Assembly: GCF_009914755.1 (NCBI RefSeq) | Contig: NC_060944.1 | Length of the DNA stretch: 64,000 nt | Strand: one strand, 5' to 3' | DNA from: the human T2T-CHM13v2.0 reference genome, Homo sapiens | Shown here: positions 20,162 through 33,056 of the stretch, one piece after another | How positions within the stretch are numbered: the stretch's first letter is position 1 | Layout of the letters: the number at the start of each line of letters is the position of its first letter | Position numbers and translations under genes: made by a program | The notes under the pieces: generated by a model | What the model was told of the DNA's origin: nothing | Databases searched by the model: none | Seen by the model: the letters and a program-made list of their open reading frames with translations, nothing else

Positions 20162-20972
20162 TCATTTCAACTCAGATGCAGAGGTTGCAGTAAGCTGAGA
20201 TCACACCACTGCACTCCAGCCTGGGTGACAGAGCAAGACTCTGTCAAAGAGACAGAGGCAGAGAGAGAACCAGGAAGAAATAAAGAGAAGCAGGAGAAAA
20301 TCAGGGAGGGAGAAAGCAAGAAGGCAAGCAGAAACAGAAAGAGGGGAAGAGAAGAAAGAAGGGGCAGGAGGAGGAAGGCAGGGAAGGAGCAGCCACTGGA
20401 GCCCCCATGCCACACAGGCCTAGAGGGGCTTCCTCAACCCTGCCCTGACTCGCCCTCCTGACTGCAGTCTGCCAGCCATGGTGTGTCAGACCCCACCAGC
20501 CACCCTCTCCACTTCCTCTAGGATGGACACCCTCCTGGCAAACAAAGCCCAGCTCCTATCCACTGCTCCTTCCCCATCCTGATGGAATGACAGGAGGTGG
20601 ATCGGGAGGACGGGAGGCTTCGAGTGGACCGGAAGGAGGCACTGTAAACAAAGGCGCAGAGAAGGAAATGGGCCAAACGAGGGAGAAGCAGGGAAACCAG
20701 GCTCCTGGGTCCAAAGCCCAGCTCTACCTCTTCCCGTGTGCAGGATCTTGAGTAAGTCACTTCCCCTCTCTGGGCTTTAGCCTCCTCATCTGTCAAATGA
20801 TGACAATGACAGTTCCCATCTTGTGGCACTGTCGTGAGGTTCAAATGAGATTGTACATGTTGATGTGCAGGGCTGTGTCTAGCACATAGCGAGCCTGCAA
20901 ATATGTTTGCTGTAACCAGTTGCCCAGGGAGGCCCTTCCCACTGAATTTCTTCTTCCTTCATTTCTATGAAG

Positions 20973-21154
20973 CTTGTGGCCCCCTGCAGCCCGGGCCAGA
21001 GAGCCTCAAGGCCTGAGCACCTGGCCCCCCAGCCCTTCCCAACATCAGCCCAGGGAAGCGTGGCAGACCTGCTCTTTTGGCTGGAAGTCTACAATGACAT
21101 CTGTTCTGCCTCCACACCAGCAAGGAGTTCCACGTGGACCCCCAGGACTCCACA
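20973..21154 (+). pseudogene. BPIFB5P: BPIFB5P inter-domain/hinge exon, frameshifted
   Basis: Polypyrimidine tract + aag|CTT...; LVAPCSPGQRASRPEHLAPQPFPTSAQGSVADLLFWLEVYNDI / LFCLHTSKEFHVDPQDST|gtgagt. Confidence 0.72.
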
Positions 21155-21427
21155 GTGAGTGCTAGAAGAAGGGGAAAGGGGCGGGGAGAACTATTATTGC
21201 TCCATTTTTCACATTAGGAAACCAAGGCCCAGATGGGGAATATGACTGGTCCAAGGTTACGTAGTGGGTAGGATCAGGGCTACAGCCAGATCTCCTGCCT
21301 CCCCGCTGGGCTGTCCATCACACACAGGAATGGCAGCTCTGAGACAGTCAGAAGTGAGCCTGTCATTCCACATCTACAGAAATTCTTACACCAGTGGGCA
21401 AGGGCATTCTTTGTATTTTACTAGTTA

Positions 21428-21634
<207 letters not shown>

Positions 21635-21845
21635 TCAGGAGAAAAATCATTGAAACAATACAAAGTTAACCTGTCCAGATAAATCATGGTGAGAAACCTC
21701 CTCTTACGCTGGGACGGACCAGTGGCAGGCGGTACATCCAGTAGTTACAGCTCATTGAGCCCCACTGAGCTCCCTCCCCAACCAGCCAGCTCAGAGCCCG
21801 TCTGCAGGATTTTAAAGACCAACACACACTTTGCCCCTTTTCCAG

Positions 21846-21899
21846 GCTGCAGACCTCATTCAGCTATTGTCACGGATTGAGCTGGAGCCCAGGCCCAGG
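21846..21899 (+). pseudogene. BPIFB5P: BPIFB5P 54-bp exon, intact
   Basis: ttccag|GCT...AGG|gtgggt; AADLIQLLSRIELEPRPR, phase 0/0. Confidence 0.72.
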
Positions 21900-22899
21900 G
21901 TGGGTGTGTTGCCAGCTCCTCCTCCAGAAGCCCAGCCAGGGTCTCAGGGGAGATTCTGAGACAGGAGCTGGGCCAGGTCAGGCCACATGGGCGTGTTCCC
22001 TTAGGCCAGGGTTTCCTGCCGTGGACTCCAAAAATCACTGCACCTGCTACACAGGCATTGTGAGGATTTAATGAGATGATGTAAGTAAGGCACTTAGCTC
22101 AGGGCTCAGCTCAGGTGACCATGGCCCTGTGCCTGCCATTACTATTCACTCCTGAATAAGACCCAAGCCTGCTGGGGGGACACCTAGATAATGGTGGGCA
22201 GTGACTGTACACAGGTCCCTCCCACTACATCAGTGCAACCCTCCAGTAACCCTGCACTGTCACCCCCTTCTACAGGTGAGCAAACTGAGGCTCAGCAAGG
22301 TGAGCTCACTCGCCCAAGCTCACATCGCTCAGTAAATGGTAGAACCAGGATTGGAACCCCGTCCCTGACTCCAAGATCCTTGCTCAATGTCCTTTCTCCA
22401 AAGTGTTTCAGAACAGAGCCCCTGATAGACAAGCAGTAACAATAACCACAACAGCTGACAAGTATATGGCAGTACTAGGTGCCGGGTTCTTTTCTAAGCA
22501 CTTTATACAAATTAACTCATTGAATCTTCACAACAACCTCTGGGCTAGTTGCAATTATTATCCCTATTTTACAAGTGTGAAAATCAAAGCACAGAGAGAT
22601 TAAGAAACTTGCCTCAGGCCACACAGCTTCCCAGTGGTGGAGCTGGAACTCCGGTTCCAAAACTCTATACTCTTACCTGCTATGTATGTTCAGGAGAAGG
22701 AGGATGTTATCCCACCTCCAAAAAGCCCAGGGAGGGTAAGTGACCTGGCCAAGGTCACACAGCAAGTTGCTGCAGTGCTAGAACAGAACCCCAGACCCTT
22801 GACTCCTAAGATAGCCTTGCCCCCGTTCTTCCAAGCTGGGAGCTGAGGAAAGCCATCTTTAGTCAATGCCTGCACCTTTTCTGCTGTAATTTCACCCAG

Positions 22900-23052
22900 G
22901 CTTCCAGTCAGTCCAGAGGGAGCATACAACTGACCATCAACACCCCTGATCCTCCCACGGTCCGCCTTGACGGCCACACGGCCACCATCATCCAGCCGGG
23001 CTTGCTAGTGCTACTGGGGCTCAGCATCACCTCCTCTGTCTCAGTTTCCTGG
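22900..23052 (+). pseudogene. BPIFB5P: BPIFB5P 153-bp exon, intact; homologue of BPIFB1 exon 114-272
   Basis: acccag|GCT...TGG|gtgagt; ASSQSRGSIQLTINTPDPPTVRLDGHTATIIQPGLLVLLGLSITSSVSVSW. Confidence 0.82.
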
Positions 23053-23057
23053 GTGAG

Positions 23058-23411
23058 TGTATTAGTCTATTTTCATGCTGCTGATAAAGACATACCCAAG
23101 ACTGGGTAATGAAAAAGGGGTTTAAGGGACTCACAGTTCCACGTGGCTGAGGAGGCCTCACAATCATGGCAGAAGGTGAAAGTCATGTCTTACATGGCAG
23201 CAGACAAGAGAGAATGAGAACCAAGCAAAAGGGGTTTCCCCTGATAAAACCATCAGATCTCGTGAGACTTATTCACTACCATGAGAAAAGTATGGGGGAA
23301 ATTGCCCCCAGGATTCAATAATCTCCCACCGGGTCCCTCCCACAACAGGTGGGAATTATGGGAGTTACAATTCATGATGAGACTTGGGTGGAGACACAGC
23401 CAATCATATCA
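23058..23411 (-). mobile_element. THE1 (MaLR) solo LTR
   Basis: tgtattagtctattttcatgctgctgataaagacatacccaagactggg...acacagccaatcatatca, a close match to the recalled THE1 LTR; flanks gtgag/gttag. Confidence 0.9.
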
Positions 23412-24492
23412 GTTAGTGAGACGCAAAGGTCTTTGTTCCCTAGGGGGCCTGGGTCCACTGTGAGAACCCCTCCAGGGCCAGCGAGCTGTGCCTGCTGCTA
23501 AAGTGTTAAAATACTTTAACACCTGCACCCCTTTGTTCACCTCTGGTGCTCCACAAGGACCTCAGCAACTAAAGGATTCTGCCTCCAAGACCCTCAGCTC
23601 GGAGCCCTTGCCAGGTGGTGGTTAAGCCCTTTGACTGCCTCCCTTGGGCGTGATGGCATCAAAAGCCATCACAGGAGGAAGTCCAGAGGCCTGGAGCTCA
23701 TGGAGCGCTGCGGTGTTTCTCCACTCCCCCAGAGAGAGGGTTACCCAGGCTAGAGAGGGCGGGGCCCTGGGAGGAAATCTGGGGAAATACAGCCTCCCAA
23801 AAGTTTCAGCTTCTCTATTCTGAGCCCCCTTGGGATTCCTATTTCCCGTTCCACGGACTTTGAAGTTGAGAAGGTGCCTCAAATAAGCGGTCAGGAGGGT
23901 CCCCACCATGGGTGAGCCACATGGCATCCATGGGGAAACAGTATCCTGGGGTCTTAGTTGACATGATTCTGCGGCAAAAAAACAAACAAACAAACTGGTC
24001 ATCTCTGGCTTGTGGGAATCACTTCTCGGCCTTTCTTGGTGAAGATCATGTATCTGGCTGGTGGGGTAACATCCTATTTCTGGCTTATAAGGTGATCGTG
24101 TGAGTTACGGAGGCCCATAGACAACCCCCTCAACACCAAGGGGTCCTCTGGCTTCAAGGCAACAGTAATTCTAGAGCCAAGTGACTCTCATTACAAAAGG
24201 CTGTCCCTCCACTGGGCTGAGTCCCTCCAGCTGTGTCCAGCCCTGGCCCCACTGCCATCCAAGAGCACCCAGCACCCACCTGTGCCCCCACCCCCGGCAA
24301 GGCCCACACATGCCTGGTCTGGATCAACATGAACCAGTAGCTGGAGAAGACAATGACACAGGGTGGGGGTGAGGGCCAGATGAGAAGGGACCAAGCCCGA
24401 ACAAGCATTCCTGGGGGCTGGGGGTCAAGGGGGTCCCTCCGGCTAGAACACAAATTCTTCTCCTGTTCTGACCTAATTTCAATTCTTCATAG

Positions 24493-24540
24493 AAACTTTT
24501 TTTGAAGGCTGCATTTTCCCTAAGAAATCAGGAACTACAT
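24493..24540 (+). pseudogene. BPIFB5P: BPIFB5P exon truncated by an Alu
   Basis: ttcttcatag|AAA CTT TTT TTG AAG GCT GCA TTT TCC CTA AGA AAT CAG GAA CTA CAT = KLFLKAAFSLRNQELH (cf. BPIFB1 EASSEAQFYTKGDQLI); the Alu starts at 24541. Confidence 0.65.
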
Positions 24541-24816
24541 GACCGGGCATGGTGGCTCATGCCTGTAATCCCAGTACTTTGGGAGGCCAAGGCAGGCAGA
24601 TCACAAGGTCAGGAGATAGAGACCATCCTGGCTAGCACGGTGAAACCCCATCTCTACTAAAAATACAAAAAATTAGCCAGGCATGGTAGTACACACCTGT
24701 AATCCCAGCTACTCAGGAGGCTGAGACAGGAGAATTGCTTGAACCTGGGAGGCGGAGGTTGCAGTGAGCCGAGACCATGCCCCTGCCGTCCAGCATGGGT
24801 GACAGAGACTCTGTCT

Positions 24817-24849
<33 letters not shown>

Positions 24850-24970
24850 GGAGTCCCCAGGACTGCTGATCCCCTGTGAGCATCTGAACACTGGTGTCCC
24901 ATCCTTCCTCAGGCCAGAATCTGCTGACCCAGCTGAAATGTCCTTCCTGTTCCTCTGTCATCTGTTGCAG

Positions 24971-25033
24971 GAAGGACATTCAGGGGCCCTTCTCTTACAG
25001 CTTTTGAAGAGGGTGTTTCTGCCCATCACAACA
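24971..25033 (+). pseudogene. BPIFB5P: BPIFB5P helix exon remnant, 63 bp (64 bp in BPIFB1)
   Basis: ttgcag|GAA...; EGHSGALLLQLLKRVFLP (cf. PDVLKNIITEIIHSILLPNQN); weak donor gtgatc. Confidence 0.65.
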
Positions 25034-27104
25034 GTGATCCCCACTTTCTCTGTCACACCCACATACCATACTCAGAGCAGCATTAAACATCTCCAAGACA
25101 GCTGACTTATGCCTGGGGTTGGCTAAAAACTGCCCACAGGTGGCCAGGCATGGTGGCTCACACCTGTAATCCTCCCACTTTAGGAGGCCAACACGGGAGG
25201 ATCACTTGAGCTCAGGAGTTCAAGACCGGCCTGGGCAACATGGCAAGACCCTGTCTCTACAAAAATATTTTTTTAATTAAAGAATTGCCCACAGGTAAGG
25301 CAGAGGAGGCAGGGTAGAGATGCTGAAATCCGGGGAGTGTCATATGAGGGGGCTGCGGAAGGGACCATGGGTGCCCTCCTATTCTTCACCCGGACAGCAA
25401 GCAATGATGGAAGGTTAGAACTGGGACAAGTGCGCAGGGAGGGCTTCTCGAGGTGGGTGGAGGTTGGCATGATGGAAATCGGAATGGAAAAGGCCCTCAG
25501 AGGTGATGGCACCCACAGCTCACATCTCCAACACCTGCAGGGGCAGGCGGGTAACACCCAGGTGAAGAGGCCCAGGTGGGGCCTTTGGTGAACACGACCC
25601 CGCCCAGTGGGCGGCTCCACTCTGCTCAGTCGAATGTTCTCAGCACAGCAGAACCGCAGATTATCTTTAAGAGACACCAGAAAGCTGAACTTTCTGAGAT
25701 TTCACCCCCATCTTTAGATATCCGCAACAAACCTAAACTCTTCCAAACACCATTGCCTTGGTTTGGGCTCCCTCAGAAGCAGACTCTGAGCTGGGGAAGT
25801 GAAGGTGGCTTCGGGGGAGGTGATGCCAGGAAGATGGAGGGAGGAGGACTGAGTGCTACGAGTGTGTGCAGAGCTTCTCTGCTCCGTAGATCTCGGGGCT
25901 TCCGACACGGTTTGTGTAACAATCCCCCATCCACCCATGTGATGATTTGGTGAGTGCCTGTGTCCCCAGCCAGACAGTGAGCTGCCCCAGGGCAGGGACC
26001 CCTCGGTTTCTTGTTGCATCTCCAGCACCCTGTCCAGTACCTCGCATGCAGGAGGCACTCAAGAAATACATGCAGGAGAAACAGCTCAGACCTCACTCAT
26101 CCGAGAAGTCACCTGAGATCCCTCCCCACCAGGCCCAGAGAGATTAAGTGATTTATTCAAGGTCACACAGCAAGTCTGCAGAGCTGAGCCCAGAACACTG
26201 GCTTCCCCAACAGAGCTTCTCCCTGAGCTCCGACTCATGTTGGGACTTAGAGTGACACTAGAGGGGCCGGCAGGTAATGACAATTAGGCCAGCAAGGGGG
26301 TATCGGACCCTCCCCTGAGCTCTAAGTGATGATGTGGGCATGGGTTGGGGCAAAGGCTGGTCAGCGCAGGAGAGGGAGCAGGAGGGGCCCAGGCCAGGCC
26401 CCCAAGGTCAAATCTGGGAGACTCAGTTTGCCAAAAATCAATTCCCAGCCAAATGGCTAACTCACTGAAACTCAAATTGCAAAATGACCAATTCTCCAAG
26501 TTTACCAAATTTACCCATTTCCCAAAATCTTGCTTTAAGGATAATGTTTCATGTATTTTATAAGCATTTGTGAATATTTCCTTCTTTGATATATTCAATG
26601 GATATTTTCTTATTAATATGACCAAATTTCTAGTGTTTTAAGGTTAATTTTTTAGTTTATTCCGACTTGTTTCTAATCCTTTTTTTAAGGACATTTTCTG
26701 TTTCTACCAACATTTTAGCATTTTTCGGGGGGAGCATATAGTGTTTGGGGCTATTCCCCTCAATTAAAAAATAACAAAATTCACTAACAGGTTTATAAGA
26801 ATCCTTCAACAAAGTGAACATTCCTTAAAATGTTGCTGAGAAGAATGTGTTCAGTCACTGAATAGGTTCAAGGATTTCCCTTAATAAGGTTCTTAGTAAA
26901 TGGGTGGAGCAGCCCTTTAGAGACCAGCTTTCCCAGCTGGAGCTGCTTGCTGTTCAGGGGCTGCCTGATGGGGGATGGAGATAGTCCACCCTGAGCAGGG
27001 GTGGGGGAACACACCCTGTCCCTTCCCCATTCTGAGCAGTGGAGCAGCCAGGGACCACCTCTGCCCACCAGGGCACTGAGGTCCCCTGCCCGCCCCTCTG
27101 GCAG

Positions 27105-27180
27105 AGCTGCTCAGAGAACACAGCCTCCCTGTGCCCAACATCAGGGGTCCTTCCACCAGGCCCAAAGGGACCTCTCAGAG
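27105..27180 (+). pseudogene. BPIFB5P: BPIFB5P penultimate exon remnant, frameshifted
   Basis: tggcag|AG CTG CTC AGA...; LLREHSLPVPNIRG / SFHQAQRDLSE|gtaagc, resembling the BPI-family 'L..G.PLP' motif exon. Confidence 0.68.
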
Positions 27181-28170
27181 GTAAGCCTGGGGAAAAAGAG
27201 CTGCCTGAGACGCACATGGGTGGTCGTGGCTATAAGTGACTTTGAGCCCTAGAGGTGCCTCGTCTCATCCTGCAGAAGAAGAAGCTGAGGAGGCGCTTGT
27301 GTCCCGGCCCTCAGCCTTCTTACCTCGCCTCCTCTCAAAGCCATCCTGCATGTGACTCCCCACTTACAGATGAGGAAACTGAGGCTCCCAGGGGCTGCAC
27401 GAGTCCCGCAGGGACCCAGACCACAGGGCTCTTGGAGAGCATCAATGCCCCTACACAAATGACCTTCACAATGAGCTCCATGAAGTTGATGCTGTAATTC
27501 CCTCCCACTTAACAACGGAGGGAACTGAGGCTCAGAGAGTCAGAGAAACGTGCCCAGGGCAGCAGAACCGGGATCCAACAGGGGTTCATCTGACTTCAAA
27601 GTCTGTACCCTTAGCCCCAACCACCCACCTCCCGAGAACTCCAGACCCCAGAACAGGGCTGTTGCCTCTGATGCCTGCTGTCTGTGAACCGCAGAGGGTG
27701 GAAACCAGGGCCTGCCCAAGGGCACCCAAATACCAGGGAGGCAAAATGCAGCAGAGACCAGAGGGTAGAGGAAACCAGCGAAGGAACCACAGAGGAACCC
27801 CCAGGAGAGTTTGCCAGCTCTGAATCTGCCCCTGGAGCTGCCCTGCCTGCCCAGCCCTCCTTCCTTCCCACTGTGGGCTGAACCTGAGAAGAGGTGGACA
27901 GGGGTCAGGGGAATGGGCGGGTCTTAGAGATGCCCTTCATTTCTTTAACTCCCACCTTTAAAAGATTCCCATCTGTAAACAGCAGAGCAGGAGGGACCAA
28001 GGCAGAGACAATCATACGGAACCTCCTGGCTGCATGACCATGGGCAAGCTGCTGACCCTCTCTGAGCCTATCGTTCATATCTGGAAAATGGGGATAAAGA
28101 AAATTCTGGCCAGGCATGGTGGCTCATGCCTGTAATCCCAGCAGTTTGGGAGGCAGAGGCAGGTGGATCA

Positions 28171-28515
<345 letters not shown>

Positions 28516-28980
28516 TTAACAGAACTCAACCCTAATCCCACACAGAGAGACCCTGCGCTGCACAAAAGGAGGCAGCAGGGGCCGGCAGCAGTGTGCCTCA
28601 TCAAACCCTGCTTCCAGCCCCACCCTGCAGACCCCTTTCCTAGATTCAGCCCCTGGTGTCCCTAGTAGGGAGGGGAGGCCCAGACGCACTCCAGTGAGGA
28701 CCACAGGGGCCACTACAGGGCCTGCAAGGCCTGGGCTGCTCCAAAAATGATGCTGCAAATCCTGGCCAGGTGGACCCGTCTGCTCAGAGTGCACCCAGCG
28801 TGGGCAGGGCCCACCTGTGCTCTGAATATCAGAGAGGAGCAGAGTCAGGACCCAGCCTGAGCCTTGAACCAGCCCCAGCAGCTGTCTCCTAACTGGCCTG
28901 TGAGAAGCAAAGGAAAAGAAGGCAAATGAGCTCATTGGCTTACTCGCCGAGTTACCTCCCGGCTTCCTTATGCTCTTGTG

Positions 28981-29093
28981 CAGGCCACACATGACACAAC
29001 TGCAGGGTGCACCACTTGTACAGTAGTTTACATGAACAATGCCACCTGGAGTTGGGCAGTGCACAACCTACACAATCTTACATGGCTGCCCTG
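28981..29093. mobile_element. MER91-like hAT MITE
   Basis: cagg...cacaactgcagggtgcacc...gccacctggagttgggcagtgcacaacctacacaatcttacatggctgccctg, imperfect palindrome. Confidence 0.55.
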
Positions 29094-31335
29094 ATGACCC
29101 ACTCATTCATTCACCATCACTCAGTCAGTCAGTAACCTCACTGACTGCTCTGTGCCTGGCCCGGTGCTGGGCAATGCTGAGACAAAAAGATGAGTTAGAC
29201 TCAGCCCCGGAACCCTCCAGGAGCTCCCATTCTGGTGGAAAACAATAGGTGCAGGAGCAGACAGATCCCAGCAGCATGGTCGGGTCTGGCAGAGGTTTGG
29301 GCATTGTGGGTGGCAATGCGTGAGAGGCTCTAGCTGGTGAGCGGCCCACTTCAGGGCGACCCAGGCAGGACAAACCCCGACACAGAAATGTTAGAGGGCC
29401 CTTGACACATAGGCTCTCAGGAAGAGTCCCAGAGTCTGATCTGTTCCTTCCCTCACAAGCTTTCCTGAGATTCCCCCTCCCCCTCCTTTCTCTCCCCTTG
29501 TCCAGGGGTCCCTAACTCTGCCCTCTTCATCCAGGGGAAAGTGTATCCTTAGGACACACACGGCCCCTCTAAGGTGTAGTGGGAGCAGCCTCAGGCAGAG
29601 CTGGTATTTTGGGCATCAAGGACAAGGATGGTGGGGAACGTGCTCTGCTTCTACCCACAGGATTACCTGCTGCTGGCCATTCTGGGCAAGTAGTGGCTTC
29701 TGACCAAGAGCCAGTCCACCCCCCGCCATGAGTTTTCCAGCCCCTGATGGCCTGCAAAGGGCCACAGTGTTCCAAAACCTCAGCTGCAATACAGAGGGTT
29801 CTTGCCTGAGCAAGAGTCAGTTCTGAGTATGCTAAGGGGTTCTGTGAGGAGGGGAGACTGTCTTGAAATATTTAAATGCGGGCTTTTTCCCCCTGATATT
29901 TCTTGGCTTCCCGTGGCCCCTGAGAAAGGAATTCTGAATTCTATATTCAGTGTCTCCAGGAAGGGAGAGTTCCTCAGAAAATGGTGAAGAGGTGTTTGAG
30001 TTTCAAAAGTCCCAGCCCTGACAGGATAGGGTGTGGAGGGGACACAAGGAACCATGCACACCGGAAAGCCTCGCTGATGGAGAGGGAGGAAGGAAGCAGG
30101 AAAGATGAGGGGCTTGGGGGTCTCTAAGAAAGCGGGAACCACAGAAGCCCAGAGACGCTTGGGAGACCCTGAGTGCGGAGGAAAGGAGCTGAGGGAGGCG
30201 GCAAGACCCCCAGGCTGGGAGCTGGGTCCAAGTGGGTGGTCATGAGACAACCACACCCCAGAGTCCCCAGGCCCACAAGGCATGGCGCACGCTCAAGAAC
30301 AGTGCCATCGTGGACGCGGGCCCAGGACACACACATGCCCCGCCCCAGCTCCCCTCGCCCACGTGGCCCTGGCAGGGCAGGGCAGTGAACAGAAAAAGAT
30401 CCCGCCCCAGAGTCAAAACGTGCACGGTAGGTGTTCGCCGGGGCAGAGAGAAGGCAAAGCACAGAGCGCCCCACCCACAGGCACCTGTCGCTGTCCACAG
30501 CAGGTAGGCCTGGCCCCAGGAAAAGGCAGATGAGGAGAAACTTCACACTGATTATGATAAAATCCCTGGGAGCAGCAGGATGGAGGCTCGTGGCAGCCTC
30601 TGTCTTGGGAGTGAGCAAGCATTCAGCTCCCTGGTAGCCCTGGCTGGCCTCAGAAAACCAGAGTTTCCCGGGGGCCCTTCACCACCACACAGCCCAAACC
30701 ATGGAGGCTTTCATGGGTCTGGGGCAGGATCGCTGTCCCGCAGCAGAAGGTTGGGGTTCAGAGCGAGCCTCGCTGTGGGTTCTTTACGTGGCTCCCTGAT
30801 CTGTTTCATTTATGAACCACAAGCCCAACCTTGAAGGGAAAAAAGACCCCAGTGGGCAGCCCCAGAGGTCTTGACCTAGAGGGCAGGACCACCCTGCACA
30901 TGAACTTGCAAAGTCTCCCAGCCCTTGGTGTGCATATATGACATGACTAAGATTGGGTGGAGGCTGGAAGACAAGCTGAACCCTCACCCCAAGCCCAGAG
31001 ATTTCCCACCCACGTGTCAGCTCGGTGCCCAGCACATGGTAGATACTTGGTACAAAATGCTTGAATGGAGAATTCCTTGGGACCTTGAAGAAGCCGGGCA
31101 GGCCTTGGCCTCCTCAGCCAGGATGGCCTGTCCAGGCACCGGCAAGCCTTTCCCACCCACCACGAAAGCCCCTCGATCCCCTCCCAAGATTTCCACAGAT
31201 GCATCTTCCACGGTGCATCTCACTTTGCAGTTTGCAGGCTCATGCACCCATCTTCCCATCAGATCTTCAGATAACACTGGCTGGTGCCAGACAGGGAGTG
31301 TGATTATTCCTATTTGTAAGGTGGTGAGGACCACA

Positions 31336-31737
31336 GATGGATAGGAGGGTGGGTAGATGGAAGGATGGGTAGATGGATGGTGGATGGATGGATGGACGAA
31401 TGAATGTAAGGATAGATAGGTGGATGGTGGATGGATGAATGGATGGGAGGATGGGTAGATGGATGATGGATGGATGGATGGATGGATGGATGGATGGATG
31501 GATGGGAATGTAGGAAGATGGATGATGGATGGATAGATGGATGGATAGGAGGGTGGGTAGATGGATGGTGGATGGATGAATGGATGGGAGGATGGTTAGA
31601 TGGACTGTGGATGGATGAATGGATGGGAGGATTGGGTAGATGGATGGTGGATGGATGGATAGGAAGGTACGAAGATGGATGGTGGATGGATAGATGGATG
31701 GATGGATAGGAGGGTGGGCAGATGGATGGTGGATGAA
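31336..31737. repeat. (TGGA)n-based compound simple repeat
   Basis: About 400 bp of gatg/tgga/ggat arrays. Confidence 0.95.
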
Positions 31738-32227
31738 CGAATTCATCATCACTAATCTAGCCCCACTCCCAGCTGAGACACACAGTCGCTGGAACCAAGA
31801 AGAGAGGCAGGGGTCAAGGATTTCAGATTCCCCATGTTCATACAAATATTTTTCAGAATAAATAACTCTTACCTATTTATTAGAGCAAAGAGCTCTTCTA
31901 AGTGATACCTTAAAACAAACAAAACCTAGTTTGAAATGTTACATGGAATCAAACTGCTTTTTTATCCAAAGTAAATTCATAATTCAGACATTTCACTAAT
32001 TGACATCTTCCTCCACAAGATATCCAAGTGCTTGAGGTCAACAAGAGCAAGCCAAATCTCAGATGGATCAAGAATCTCGAACATATTCACATTATTTGAA
32101 ATGCATATGATTAATTCCCACTTCTGGGAATTTCCTAAAGAAATAATCAGAGATGGCTGGGCGCGGTGGCTCATGCCTGTAATCCCAGCACTTTGGGAGG
32201 CCAAAGTGGGCAGATCACCTGAGGTCA

Positions 32228-32557
<330 letters not shown>

Positions 32558-32648
32558 TTATTTTTATGATAAATTCCTAATAAAAAATTTGTACAGGCAT
32601 TAAAATAATGTTTTAAAAGAGCATTCATAAGAAAATACAAGAAGACTA

Positions 32649-33056
<408 letters not shown>

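Noticed and set aside
27253-27300. Candidate terminal exon of BPIFB5P
   Set aside because: Weak acceptor, 72-nt intron and no convincing similarity; terminal exon left unassigned
31267-31845. 192-aa Pro/Ser/Ile/His ORF
   Set aside because: (TCCA)n simple-repeat translation
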